From Rebecca billardiae RCC1528 (Eukaryota > Protista > Haptophyta), in the NCBI GenBank assembly GCA_965240325.2, contig OZ251242.1, positions 992,001 through 1,056,000 on the forward strand: a DNA stretch of 64,000 nucleotides, in the 5' to 3' direction. The position numbers and the translations under genes were made by a program. Shown here one piece after another: positions 34,479 to 45,301 of the stretch. The notes beneath the pieces were generated by a model that was given only the letters and a program-made list of their open reading frames with translations, was not told where the DNA came from and searched no databases. Position 1 is the stretch's first letter, and every line of letters begins with the position of its first letter.

Positions 34479-34786
34479 TGAACCTCCTGCGCAATGCACG
34501 ATCGAATTGTCCCGACTCCGCCAGAATCAGAGAAATCGGATGATGAGAGCCAAGGCTGCTGTTCATAATTCATTCATGAGCAACCACTGGCGCGAGTCGC
34601 CGCCTGACCTGATAATCAGCGCAGAGTCTGGCACTGTCAGGGCCCGGGCTGACAGTAAATTCGCACTGCTACAGGAGTCCAGCTCCGGGCGGCAGCGCGG
34701 TAGCACTGAGGAAGTCTCGTGGCCGCCAGCCCGCGACAGGCGCGGCAGAGCCAGCTGCACATCATGCGCAGGCGCCGCGGGCAGCC

Positions 34787-35905
34787 TCAGCAGTATTCCA
34801 ACGGCGGGCCCTCTGCTCTCGTCCGCTCGCGCCAGGCTCTGCGGCGCTGCTCGCGGCCATCAGCACTCGCGTTTCGGCTGCTTCCACCCACTGCTCGAGC
34901 AGCCGCCCCAGCAGCTGTGGCTGCGTTGGGCAGGTTGCGCCTCGTCTGCAGCCGCCGATGCCACCGCGAGGCCACGCGGCGCGCGAGCGCACGTCGTCCC
35001 GCTGTGTCCGATGCGGAGACACCGAGCGAGCCTGGGCTGTCGCGCATCGAGCGCACCATGACGATCTCGGCGCATTGCGGAGCGTGGTCGTTCAGAACCT
35101 TCGAGAGCGTGCGGTAGCCTCGGTCCATGAGCGCGAGGATGAGCTGGGCGACCTCGCGCCGCCCCTTGCCCCTCACCAGAGCAGGGGGAACGTATCGCTT
35201 GGGCGCCTCGCGCGTGTGCAGCTCAAAGCTGAGCTGCAGCGGCAGCAAGTGCGTCGGGAGCGGCAGCAGCTCCTTCTCGACCAGGTCCCACTCGAAGCCC
35301 TCGATGTCGAACTTGAAGAGATCGACGGGGCGAGCCGTGTGCTTGAGCTCCGCCAGCAACTGCCTGAACGGCTTGAAATTGTCTGCACTGTACGCGCTCA
35401 CCGAGTGCGCGTATTCCCTGGAGGTCTTCACAGCAGGCGCACCGGGCGGCAGACGCCCGATGCACACCGGGTGGAAGTGGAACTTGGCGTGCGCGAGCCA
35501 CCTGGCAGTTGGCGGCACCGTGCAGTCGAAGCCGTGCACCTCGCACCCGTGCCGCATCTCCATCTCCTGCTCGAACTTGGTGTTATCCGCGAGGCCCGCG
35601 GCAAAGACGACGCACTTGCCCCGGCCAAAGGTGAGCTCAGGGTCGAGGATGCGTTTGCCATCCTCGGTGCCGCGGGAAGACATGACTAGGGGCGGCAAAA
35701 GCGGGACCGCGATGCTCACGTCGATGAATCTATTCCAGACCGTATCGTTCAGCTGCGAGTCCGCGAGGGCTTTCGTGAGCCTGTCCCTGGCGCGCAGCGC
35801 GCAGTTGTCCAGAGCGTTCTCGACGAGAGGCATGCGTGCGAAGCGCTCGTGAAAAGCTGGAGCGGCCATTGCTCCCCAAGCAACAAGCAACACCGCGACA
35901 CGCAT
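34787..35905 (-). CDS. FkbM/Methyltransf_22 (METTL24-like) SAM-dependent methyltransferase with N-terminal signal/anchor
   Basis: CVVFAAGL....KFEQEM...GCEVHGFDCT, FHFHPVCIG, LKHT..PVDLFKFDIEGFEW, LQLSFELH. Confidence 0.85.
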   Translation of the reverse strand: MRVAVLLVAWGAMAAPAFHERFARMPLVENALDNCALRARDRLTKALADSQLNDTVWNRFIDVSIAVPLLPPLVMSSRGTEDGKRILDPELTFGRGKCVVFAAGLADNTKFEQEMEMRHGCEVHGFDCTVPPTARWLAHAKFHFHPVCIGRLPPGAPAVKTSREYAHSVSAYSADNFKPFRQLLAELKHTARPVDLFKFDIEGFEWDLVEKELLPLPTHLLPLQLSFELHTREAPKRYVPPALVRGKGRREVAQLILALMDRGYRTLSKVLNDHAPQCAEIVMVRSMRDSPGSLGVSASDTAGRRALARRVASRWHRRLQTRRNLPNAATAAGAAARAVGGSSRNASADGREQRRRAWRERTRAEGPPLEYC

Positions 35906-36022
35906 AGCCGACCGACCGCCGACCTTGCTGTGGGTTGAGGGTGTTCATGAGCCTGGGGTGTTCCGGTTTGCCTTCCCGGGTTCACGGTTGGCCGCGTTTG
36001 TTCTGCTCTGTCTCCGCTCGGG

Positions 36023-37435
36023 ATGCACAGCATGGCGTCCCGGCCCGACCGCTGGCACCTGCGGGTGATGCGGCTGCTACTCGCGGCGTGTGCCCTGCGT
36101 CCGACTGTGAGAGCAGACTTGGCGCTTCACCCGACGGAGATGACCACCGTCCGGCGATATCTCGCCTCAGTATACCCAACCGCCGACGTCGGCGTGGTGA
36201 GCGACACGGACGCTCTGCGCACCTTCCTGGCGGCGGAATACTTCTACGACGTGCCAGCTCCGGGGTCGCCGTTGCCGCGAGAGCTGCTGCAAGCGGCGGG
36301 TGCCGACCTGGTCACCAACCAGACATACGAGTGCGAAGACGGCTTCTACGACTTCGGCCTCACGCGGAAGAGCATGCACGTGCGCTTTGCACGCGTGCAT
36401 GATCCACCCAGCGCCGAGCCTGTATGTGTGGGCCACTTGAAGCAGTGCGCTGAGCGCGGGATGGGGTACGTGCCGCCGCAGCACGCCTGGGGCGTGCACG
36501 CCACCGCGCCCGTCTTCCGCGTGCCCGACGGCACGCACCTCGAGGTGAGCCACTTCTGGCAGCGCGTGTACGGCTCCACCCAGCACCCGAAGGGCGAGGC
36601 CCCGCAGCACTGGGGCGAGTTCATCGACCCCGCGCCGGCCGGCTGGTGGTTCCACGTGACGCCCGGCACGGGGATCTTCTACGAAACAGGGCGCATGCTC
36701 GTCGCGCCGAACAAGAACGCGCTGATGCTCCAGCTGCTTCGCGAGTTCGAGCGCACGGTGAGCGGCCCTGAGCGTGCGGCCTTTGAGAGCGCGGCGCTCA
36801 CCACGCTGACACACTTCAGCATGGTCCTGCTGGGGAGCACACAGCTGCTCGAGAAGACCCTCCAAGGCACGAATTGCGACAAGCTCGCGCTGCACTGCCG
36901 GCGTGCCTGGATCATCGCCGACGAATACGACGCGCTGCTCATCGGCCTCGGCCGCATCCTCCGGTACGACTCGCTCGCCTTGTCAGCCTCGCCTCTGTTC
37001 CCGGACCCTTGTCGGAACGCGTTCGTGCCGGAGGTGGTGGACCTGAGGCTGCCGCCGCGCTCCGAGCTGTTCGCGGCCAAGCGCGCGCAATTGATCATGG
37101 GGCTTGCACCCGGCTGGTCACGCGCCCAGGCCGACGAGCTCGTGCGCGAGTACGAGTCGAGCAGCCGGCTGACGCTGCGTGACCCCTTGCGCCGCGCAGA
37201 TCCATCGCGAGCGCGCCCGTGCAACTTCACGGGACTTGGGCCGACTGTTCGGCTGGCCTGTTTCGGGCACGTGTCGTGGCAGGTGCGCGAAGTCGGGGAC
37301 GTGGAGTACAAGTGCGTGCCGCGGGGCGACGCGCCCCGTATCCGAAGCTCCAAGTCGCAGCCACGTCAAGGCGTCTGCCAGCGGATGGCCCAGCGAGGTC
37401 GCGTTCGTGCACAGGCAGCAGCATCATCAGACTAA
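36023..37435 (+). CDS. Hypothetical protein, possibly secreted
   Basis: 470-aa ORF with high GC3 and globular, Cys/Trp-containing composition, plus a hydrophobic N-terminal stretch. Divergent from the methyltransferase gene. Confidence 0.65.
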   Translation: MHSMASRPDRWHLRVMRLLLAACALRPTVRADLALHPTEMTTVRRYLASVYPTADVGVVSDTDALRTFLAAEYFYDVPAPGSPLPRELLQAAGADLVTNQTYECEDGFYDFGLTRKSMHVRFARVHDPPSAEPVCVGHLKQCAERGMGYVPPQHAWGVHATAPVFRVPDGTHLEVSHFWQRVYGSTQHPKGEAPQHWGEFIDPAPAGWWFHVTPGTGIFYETGRMLVAPNKNALMLQLLREFERTVSGPERAAFESAALTTLTHFSMVLLGSTQLLEKTLQGTNCDKLALHCRRAWIIADEYDALLIGLGRILRYDSLALSASPLFPDPCRNAFVPEVVDLRLPPRSELFAAKRAQLIMGLAPGWSRAQADELVREYESSSRLTLRDPLRRADPSRARPCNFTGLGPTVRLACFGHVSWQVREVGDVEYKCVPRGDAPRIRSSKSQPRQGVCQRMAQRGRVRAQAAASSD

Positions 37436-37489
37436 ATATCCGCCCGCGAGGCTTCGCGGGCGGATATTTAGTCTGATGATGCTGCTGCC
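37414..37489. repeat. Perfect 36-bp palindromic hairpin with 4-nt loop
   Basis: GGCAGCAGCATCATCAGACTAAATATCCGCCCGCGA-GGCT-TCGCGGGCGGATATTTAGTCTGATGATGCTGCTGCC. Confidence 0.95.
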
Positions 37490-38041
37490 GGAGCGCGAAG
37501 CCGGAGCGCGAAGCGCTCCTGTGGGACCGCGAAGCCGTTCCGCCTTCAAGAAGCAGCAGAGGCGGAAAGAGCGCAGCAGCATCAGCATCCAAGGAGCTCT
37601 TCGCGCGCGCACAGTCGTCCGGGTCCCGCGCCGCGGGCGGTGCCCACGGTCGGCCGGCCGCCACGGCTGACGGCAGCGCGTGATGCGCTGCGGCTGCTCC
37701 AGCAGGCGGGGCTCATTATAATAAGCAGTGATGCATGCGACGATGGTAGTATATGACGACTTATTAGCATATATCAGCAGACCGGCTTGACTATAGTGAA
37801 AATCGTATATACTGCTAATAATTTACCGCCTAATAATAATAATATATATATATAACGTGGCTTATATATATAGACGATGAGTACGCGACTGCGCTTATAG
37901 ACTTAGTAGCGCAGGCGTCGCGTACGTCGCGTCTAGCGCAGCTCCGCGTCGTCGCATGGCGGCGCGTCATCATCGTCATCGGGATCGGCGGGAACTGGCA
38001 ACTGCCGCGCCGCCGGCGCCTGGCAGCCCGCCTGGCGGCGC

Positions 38042-39202
38042 CTACGGCTGCGGCGCGACTGCCGGCGCCGCCTCCATCAGCGCGGGCTGATCGTCATCGC
38101 TTGCAGGCGATGCACCGGGCACCAACGCACTGGCGAAGGCTTCGCTCGAGCCCACGGGCTCACGCTGAAGGCCCTCTGCCCGCCGGTCCAGCGCGTGTGC
38201 GACGTCCGCCGCGCGCGCGCGCGTGCCCTCGTCCTGAGAGCAGTGGGATGCTGCACTGATCAGCTCCAGGAGTGCGGTGCGTGCGCCGGCGGGGAGTTGA
38301 CGCAGCCGGGCGGCTCGCGCGCGCTCGGCGGCGCGTGCGAGGACGTCGAGCCGGAGCACGAGCGCGGACGCCGCGCAGGACGCATCGGGGCCGCCCACCG
38401 CCTCCGCGACGAGGGCGAGCGCAGACGGAGCGTCCAGCGCCGCCACCGCCGCGAGCGCATCGACCGCCTTGGCGCGCGCGCGGCGCTCAGCCCGGTCGGA
38501 TCCAGCCGCGGCCGAAGCGCGCTCGGCGCGCGTGACGGCCGCGTCGAGGGCGGGCTTCAGCTCGGACGACGCCTCCGCCGACGCGACGCGCGCCGGCAGC
38601 TGCGCCTTGGCCACGACCGGCAGCAGCTCGAGGGCGGCTGCAAACGGCGCCGCCTCGGCATCTGCGAGAGCGGCGAGCAGCACAGGCAGCGCGGCGCGCA
38701 GGTCTGCGGAGGAGGCGGAGGCTGCGAGGTGCTGCCGAATGCTCGCGAGCGCGGTCGCCCGCATCCCACCGTCCTCGTGCACGGCAAACTCGGCCACGCA
38801 CTCGCCGAAGCACGCAGCCAGCGGGTCGGCCCTCGGCTCAGGCAGCTCACGGCGCACCTGCGCGTGCATCGCCGTGAGCGTCGTCTGCAGGGCGTGCATC
38901 TGCGCGCTGAGCGTCGAGCGCGCAGCGGGCTGTGCTCGCGGCCCGCGCGGCGCTGACGAGCTCGCCGCTGCCGCCGCGGCCCCAGGCCCGTTCCCGATCT
39001 CTCCGAGCGGCGGCGTGGGAGCGCTCGCACGTGTCGCCATGTGTGCACCTCCCGTGCGCGCGGCCGTCGCCTGCAGCGCGGGCCGGGCGAGTGGCTTTGG
39101 GGCGCCTAGGCGCTGCTGGCCGCCGCTGCTCGTGCGACGCCGCTGCTCCGCTCGCACCATGCGCTCCTGCATCGCCGCCTCGACGTCATCGTCCTCCGGC
39201 AT
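38042..39202 (-). CDS. Hypothetical protein with a helical (HEAT/ARM-like) C-terminal half
   Basis: ATG 39202 (MPEDDDVEAAMQE); Ala/Leu-rich amphipathic helices; head-to-head with the FIT gene. Confidence 0.55.
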   Translation of the reverse strand: MPEDDDVEAAMQERMVRAEQRRRTSSGGQQRLGAPKPLARPALQATAARTGGAHMATRASAPTPPLGEIGNGPGAAAAAASSSAPRGPRAQPAARSTLSAQMHALQTTLTAMHAQVRRELPEPRADPLAACFGECVAEFAVHEDGGMRATALASIRQHLAASASSADLRAALPVLLAALADAEAAPFAAALELLPVVAKAQLPARVASAEASSELKPALDAAVTRAERASAAAGSDRAERRARAKAVDALAAVAALDAPSALALVAEAVGGPDASCAASALVLRLDVLARAAERARAARLRQLPAGARTALLELISAASHCSQDEGTRARAADVAHALDRRAEGLQREPVGSSEAFASALVPGASPASDDDQPALMEAAPAVAPQP

Positions 39203-39344
39203 ATCGCGGCGCAGCAACGGCTTTGGGCCCGGGCGGTCCTGCTCGCAAGGCGCAGTCAGTTCCTGGGAGCCGCACAGCCCGGTCCGGGCCAAACATGGCG
39301 GCGGCTCGCGGATGCGCCCGCATGACGATCGGATGCCGCTGATT

Positions 39345-40421
39345 ATGGGTGCACCGGCTGGCGCGACCGGCGCGGAGGCGCGCGCGCGCGCGATCCGTGC
39401 GTGGTGGCTCTCCCCGCGCGGCGCTTTCGCCGTGTGGACCGCCCTGGCGCTCGTGTGCGGCGCGTGGCATGACGTGTGTGCGTGCGGGCTGCGTGCGCGC
39501 GCCGACGAGGCGCAACGGCAGGCGTGCGCGCCGGAGCCGCGCATCTGCCCATCGTGGGGCACGGTCATTCGCCTCGCCCCGCGCTGGCTCGGCGACTGCA
39601 CCGGCGCCGGCGGGCCGCTCGTCACCTGGGCGATGCTCCTCCCTTTTGCGCGCTCGGCCGGGCGGCTGCCATTGCTCGTCGACGTTCTGCTCTGGTACCT
39701 CGCCCTCATCATGCCCGTGCGCTACTTCCACCTGCTGATGCCGGCGGGCTGGCCGCGGTGGGATCCGTCGGGGCACGTCTTCGTGTACGGCGCGCAGCTC
39801 GTGCCCACCGGCCTCGCGCTGCACGCCGCCGCGCAGCTCTACCGCGCGGCGCGGCGGCCGCCGTGCTCGGTCGCCACCGCGGCGCTTGGCGCCGCGGCCG
39901 CGTACTCGTGTGCCCTGCTCTACCTCTCGCTGATGACGGCGTCGTTCTTCCACACGTTCAGCGAGACGCTGTGCGCGCTCGCGCTCGTCGGCGTGCCGCT
40001 CGGCGCGCACCACCGCGTGCTCGGCGCGCGCTCCCGCTGGTCGAGCGACGACGCCGGACTGTTCTGCACCGGACTCTGGGTGGCCGAGGCGGCGGCCATG
40101 TGGGCCCTGAGCGCGCGCGGCGCGCTCGCCGGGCGCGCCGGCCCGAGCGAAGCGCGGCTGATTGCGCAGTGCGTCTACGACGGGGTGCTGTGGGCAGCGT
40201 ACTGGACGCTCCAGACGAAGCGCAGCGTGCGGCTCGCCTCTGGCCTCTCCGCCATCCCCTTTGACCGCGCGCACGGGCTGCGGCGCCGGCCGCGCGCTGA
40301 GCACGAGCCGGCTGCAGCGGGCGGCGCCGATTCGGACCAGGCGCACAGCGCGCCCGCCAAGCGCGCCGACGCCGGCGGCGGCGGCGGCGGCGACTCGGAG
40401 CGGCTCGTGCAGCGAGAGTGA
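39345..40421 (+). CDS. FIT/Scs3-family (fat storage-inducing transmembrane, acyl-CoA diphosphatase-like) protein
   Basis: Multi-TM protein with both FIT histidine motifs, WDPSGHVF and MTASFFHTFSE. Alternative ATGs at 39312 and 39333. Confidence 0.75.
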   Translation: MGAPAGATGAEARARAIRAWWLSPRGAFAVWTALALVCGAWHDVCACGLRARADEAQRQACAPEPRICPSWGTVIRLAPRWLGDCTGAGGPLVTWAMLLPFARSAGRLPLLVDVLLWYLALIMPVRYFHLLMPAGWPRWDPSGHVFVYGAQLVPTGLALHAAAQLYRAARRPPCSVATAALGAAAAYSCALLYLSLMTASFFHTFSETLCALALVGVPLGAHHRVLGARSRWSSDDAGLFCTGLWVAEAAAMWALSARGALAGRAGPSEARLIAQCVYDGVLWAAYWTLQTKRSVRLASGLSAIPFDRAHGLRRRPRAEHEPAAAGGADSDQAHSAPAKRADAGGGGGGDSERLVQRE

Positions 40422-40650
40422 TGCGAGGTGTGTCACCTGCACCAGCTCATGACGACGCACTGCGCCCGCCGACGAATGCACTGCCGACGATCCTCGTCTC
40501 ATTGGCGACGTCGCCGGGGGAGAGGGGCACTCGACCGGCCGGACGGGGCTCGTCCTGCGCGCCGGTCCGGCTGGCAGGCGAGCTGACGTGTTTCGCGTCC
40601 GCGCGCGGTCCAGACAAGCCTTCCACGCGATCCGCGACAAGCCGGCGTGC

Positions 40651-42659
40651 ATGCGCGTCCCGATGCCTCCTGCCGCGGCGCGGCGCGCTCTGGCGCTCGC
40701 TCTCGCGCTCGCCATCGCGATGGCGGCCGTGTGCAACGCCGACGACGCCGCCGACAGCGCCGCTCAGGCCGCACCGTCCGCGTCGTACGTCCCGCCGGCC
40801 GCCGGCAGTGAGACGCTCTTCGTCGAGACGTTCCAGGGCGACTGGGCGTCACGCTGGACCAAGTCGGAGAAGGAGGTGTACACGGGCGTGTTCGAGGCGG
40901 GCCCGTACGCCACGGAGGGCCTCCCGGGCGACGTCGGCCTCGTGATGCCCAAGAAGGCGCACAGGTACGGCCTGTCGCGCAAGCTCGACACGCCGGTCGG
41001 CCAGGGCGAGCAGCCGCTCGTCGTGCAGTACGAGGTGTCGCTGAAGAACGGGCTGGATTGCGGCGGCGCGTACATCAAGCTGCTCAACGTGGACGCCGGC
41101 TTCGACCTCTCCCAGTTCGAGGAGCCCACGCCGTACTCGATCATGTTCGGGCCGGACAAGTGCGGCATGTCCGGGAAAGTTCACTTCATCTTCAAGTACA
41201 AGCACCCGGTCACGGGTCAATGGATGGAGCACCACCTGACGGGCGGCCCGGCGATGCCGCCCGCGGCGCCACAGCCCGCCGTGCTCACGCACCTCTACCG
41301 CTTCGCGCTGCTCGGCGACAACAAGCTGCGCCTCTCGATCGACGACGAGCCGCCGTACGAGCTCTCGCTGCTCGACCACTTTGAGCCGCCGGTCAACCCG
41401 CCCAAGGAGATCGACGACCCGACGGACTCGAAGCCGGAGGACTGGGTGGACGAGCCGATGATGGACGACCCCGAGGCGAAGAAGCCCGACGACTGGGACG
41501 AGGACGCGCCCTTCCAGATCCCGGACCCGAGCGCGGTCAAGCCGGCGGAGTGGCACGACGACGAGCCCTTTGAGATCCCGGACCCCAAGGCGAGCATGCC
41601 CGCGGACTGGGACGAGGAGGAGGACGGCGAGTGGGAGGCGCCGATGGTGCCCAACCCCAAATGTGCGCGCGCGCGCCGCGGCGGAGCGCGCTCGGGGGGC
41701 GGGGAGCGCTGCCGCGCGCTTGCGCCCTCGCGCACCCGTGTCGGCTATGACGAACGCACATTTATCTACATAAGTTCCGATCACCCAGGAGGAATATCGT
41801 GCTGCCTTCCCTCCGAGCCGACACGCGCCCACGCCCACGCGCACGAGGGGGCGGGGTGGGGGGCGTGCGCGTGAGAGAGAGAGAGGGTCGGGCCGAGCGG
41901 GCCAAAAGGGCCGCGCGCGCGCTGACTGCCCTCGCGCCGGCCGCCGCCGCCCTCCGGCGCTGCCGCCTCCCCGCGCGCTCTCTGCGCGCAGGCTCGAACC
42001 CCGGCTGCGGCGAGTGGAAGGCGCCGATGGTGTCCAACCCGGAGTACAAGGGCAAGTGGTACCCGCCGCGCGTCGACAACCCCGCGTACAAGGGCGAGTG
42101 GAAGGCGCGGCAGATTGCGAACCCCGAGTTCTTCGAGGACCCGCAGCCATGGAAGTCCATCGCGCCGATCGGCGCGGTCGGCTTCGAGCTGTGGACGATG
42201 GACGACGGCGTGCTGTTCGACAACGTGCTGATCACGCGCTCGGAGGAGGAGGCGAAGGCGTTCGCCGCCAAGACGTGGGGCGCGCGGCACGTCATCGAGA
42301 CCCAAGCGCGCGACGCGGCGGCCAAGGAGCAGCAGGCGGCGGAGGCCGGCGGATGGATGGACCGCGCGGTGAGCGCTCTGAACAAAGCGCTCGACTTTGT
42401 CGCGGACAACCCGGCGCCCGTCGGCGGGACCATCGCCGCCGGCGTCCTCGCGCTGCTGCTGCTCTGCTGCTGGCCGGCTGCCAGGACAGACGCGCCGCCG
42501 GCGCCGCGGGCAGGCTCGGGGTCAGCGGGCGGCTCGGGGTCAGCGGACGCGGGCGCGTCCGGCGCGGCGGACGGCGCCGCGGCTGCCGGCAGCGACGATG
42601 ATGGCGGCAAGGGCAAAGCGAAGGCGCCCACCAGGCGCACGCCCAAGGCTGCTGAGTGA
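40651..42659 (+). CDS. CNX: Calnexin
   Basis: Signal peptide; LVVQYEV...GLDCGGAYIKLL; YSIMFGPDKCG; P-domain repeats IDDPTDSKPEDW, KPDDWDED, GEWEAPMVPNPKC, NPEYKGKW; GFELWTM; C-terminal TM helix and basic tail. Exons 40651-41662 and 41992-42659. Confidence 0.95.
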
Positions 42660-42982
42660 GTCGCTCGCGCATCGCCGGGTGCGCCATCTGGCCTGCCTCG
42701 CGCGCGCAGATGGCGGGCGAGACCTGAGAGCCCGAGTTAGTAGTAGTGCTCAGAGAACACTTCAGTCTTAGATAGAATGATACTGTAGCAGCGTCGCAGA
42801 CGTCGGCTGAGAAAACTGTATGGGGGTAAACATGGAGAAAGCGGAATGACCGGTGCCCTAACCGTGCGTAGCGAGCCCGGGAGTCCGTTGGCCGAACGAC
42901 GGGCCTGCTGCTCGGGAGCGAGGCCAACGCGGAGGAGGGGCGGCGCGTGCGCGTGCAGGGCAGCGCGGCGAGGTGGCACGGA

Positions 42983-44681
42983 ATGATCGTGCCCAAGAGC
43001 GAGATCGCCAATGTTTACCACCGCATCAAGCGGGACGCGGGCGGCGACGGCGTGAGCGTCGTCATCATGGTCGCCCCCGACGTGGACGCCATCTGCGCGT
43101 GCAAGATGCTCACGGTGCGCGCGCGCGCGCGCGCACGCGGGGCGACGGCGGGGCGCAGCGGGCCGCCCGCGTCGAAGCCCGCGCAGCGATCCCTCCCGCG
43201 TATGCCCCGCCTCACCCCCCGAGCTGAGCGACGCGTGTCCACCCTCGGCCGCGCGCGCACCGCCGTCTGGGCGCGCAGTCACTCATGCGGCTTGACTTTG
43301 TGACGTACAACATCAAGCCCGTGGCCTCGTACACGGACATCGCCGCGCGGTTCAGCGAGATCGTCTCGACCATGCCCGACACCATCCGCTCGCTCATCAT
43401 GCTCAACTGCGGCGGGATGATCGACCTGACCGAGGACGCGCAGCTGCCGGGCATCGAGTCGCTGCCCGAGCTCTCCGTGTATGTCCTCGACTCGCACCGC
43501 CCGCTGCACCTGGAGAACGTGCGGAGCGAGACGGAGAACGTGCTGGTGATCGACGACGCCTCGCGCGTCCCCGTGATCAACGACCTCGTCGAGCTCGGCG
43601 GCGTGCTCGAGGACGGCCTCGAGCGCGAGGAGGTGGAGGACGCGGAGGACTCAGAGCCGGATGAGGAGCCCGAGGAGGAGCTGGCCGCGCGCCGGCGCAG
43701 GCTCAACGACGGGCGGTACCAGACGGCGCTCAGCCCGACGTCGAAGCGCGCGTTCAGGCGCGAGGTGCGGCAGCACCTGGCCGCGTACTACCGCGGCACC
43801 TGGTACGTCCGCGCGCCGCCGCGCGCGCGCGGGGCGCGCGGCGCGCAGCGAGCGCCCCGTCTGACGCGGCGGCCTGGCGGCGCGCTCGGCGGCGCGCGCA
43901 CGCGCGCGCGCGCGCAGGCATAGCACCTCGGCGGCGTTGCTCTGCCTCGAACTGACGAGCGCGCTGAAGCGCGAGAACAACGAGCTGATCTGGCTCGCCG
44001 CCGTCGGCCTCACCGACCAGTTCGTGCACGAGCGCATCGAGCGAGAGGCCTACCTGGGAGAGCTGCAGACGCTTCACCAGTTGGTCCTTGGGCACAACGC
44101 GCTCGACGCCGCGCAGACGATGCTGGACGAGCAGCACGACGAGGAGACGCAGACGTCGGTGCACGTGCCCGTGTCGTCGGGGCGCGGCGGCGTGCGCATC
44201 GCCTTCGAGGACGAGTACCGCTTCATGCTCTACCGCCACTGGTCCCTCTACGAGGCGATGCTCTACTCGTCGTATGTGGGTACGCGGCTGGGCGTCTGGA
44301 CAGAGCGCGGCGAGCGCCAGCTGAGGCAGCTCTTCGCCTCGATGGGCATCCCGCTGGTCGAGGTGCAGCAGAAGTACGCGTACATGGACGAGCGGCTCAA
44401 GCGGGAGCTCCGCGAGAAGCTCGAGGAGTGGGCCCCGCGCTTCGGCCTCGGCGACTACACGTACGGCTCGTTCGTGAAGGTGACGGGCTACAAGACGCAG
44501 CTCGCCGCCGCGGACGTGGTCCATGCAGTTTCGGCGCTGCTCGAGTCGGCGGCGGGGCGGAGCGCGCCCGTCGCGGCGGAGGGCGACAAGGAGAACGCGC
44601 CGGGCGGCGGGGCCGCGACCGCCGAGGCGGGCGGCGACGGCGGCGGGGATGCCGGCCGCGGACCAAGCGGCGAGGATGGCG

Positions 44682-44712
<31 letters not shown>

Positions 44713-45301
44713 AGGCGGCGACAAGGCCACCGCCGACGGTGCGGCCGGCGACGCGGATGCGACGGAGGCTGACGACGGCGGGTGGGAGGCGTCCTTCTGG
44801 GAGGCGTACGCAGCGCTGGGCGCGCACTCCACCGAGGAGCCCACCCTCCGCCGCGGCCTCGAGCTCGCCACCGAGCTGTGCCGAGCCGTCGTGGACACGG
44901 GCAAGATCGTGATCGAGAAGAAGCAGATGGCGGCGGTCGGGCCGTTCACGCGCGTGCGGCTGACAGACTGCCCCGCCCTGCACTGCTTCCTCAACGCGCC
45001 GATCGCGATCTCGCGGCTCGCGCTCTTCATCGCGGACGCGCAGCGCGAGGCCGGCCGCCGCGCACGCCCCGTCGTGCTCGCCGCGCCCGACGCCGCCTCC
45101 AAGACATTCGTCGTCGTTGCGGTCACCGGCTCGGCGCGCTTCGGCGACGTGGGCAAGAACAAGTTCGGCACGCGCTTCCGCAAGGCGGCCGACGAGATGG
45201 CCGCGCACGTGAAGCACGAGCGCTTCGACACGTCCGTGATCGAGGTGGCGGAGTCCGACCTGCCCGTGTTCTTCACCAACCTCGTGCACATGTGCCGCTA
45301 G
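42983..45301 (+). CDS. CDC45: DNA replication factor CDC45
   Basis: VAPDVDAICACKML, MLNCGG.IDL, DSHRPLHLEN, acidic loop, WLAAVGLTDQF, RFMLYRHWSLYEAM, QLAAADVV.AVSALLE, NKFGTRF. Exons 42983-43114, 43279-43802, 43918-45301. Confidence 0.95.
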
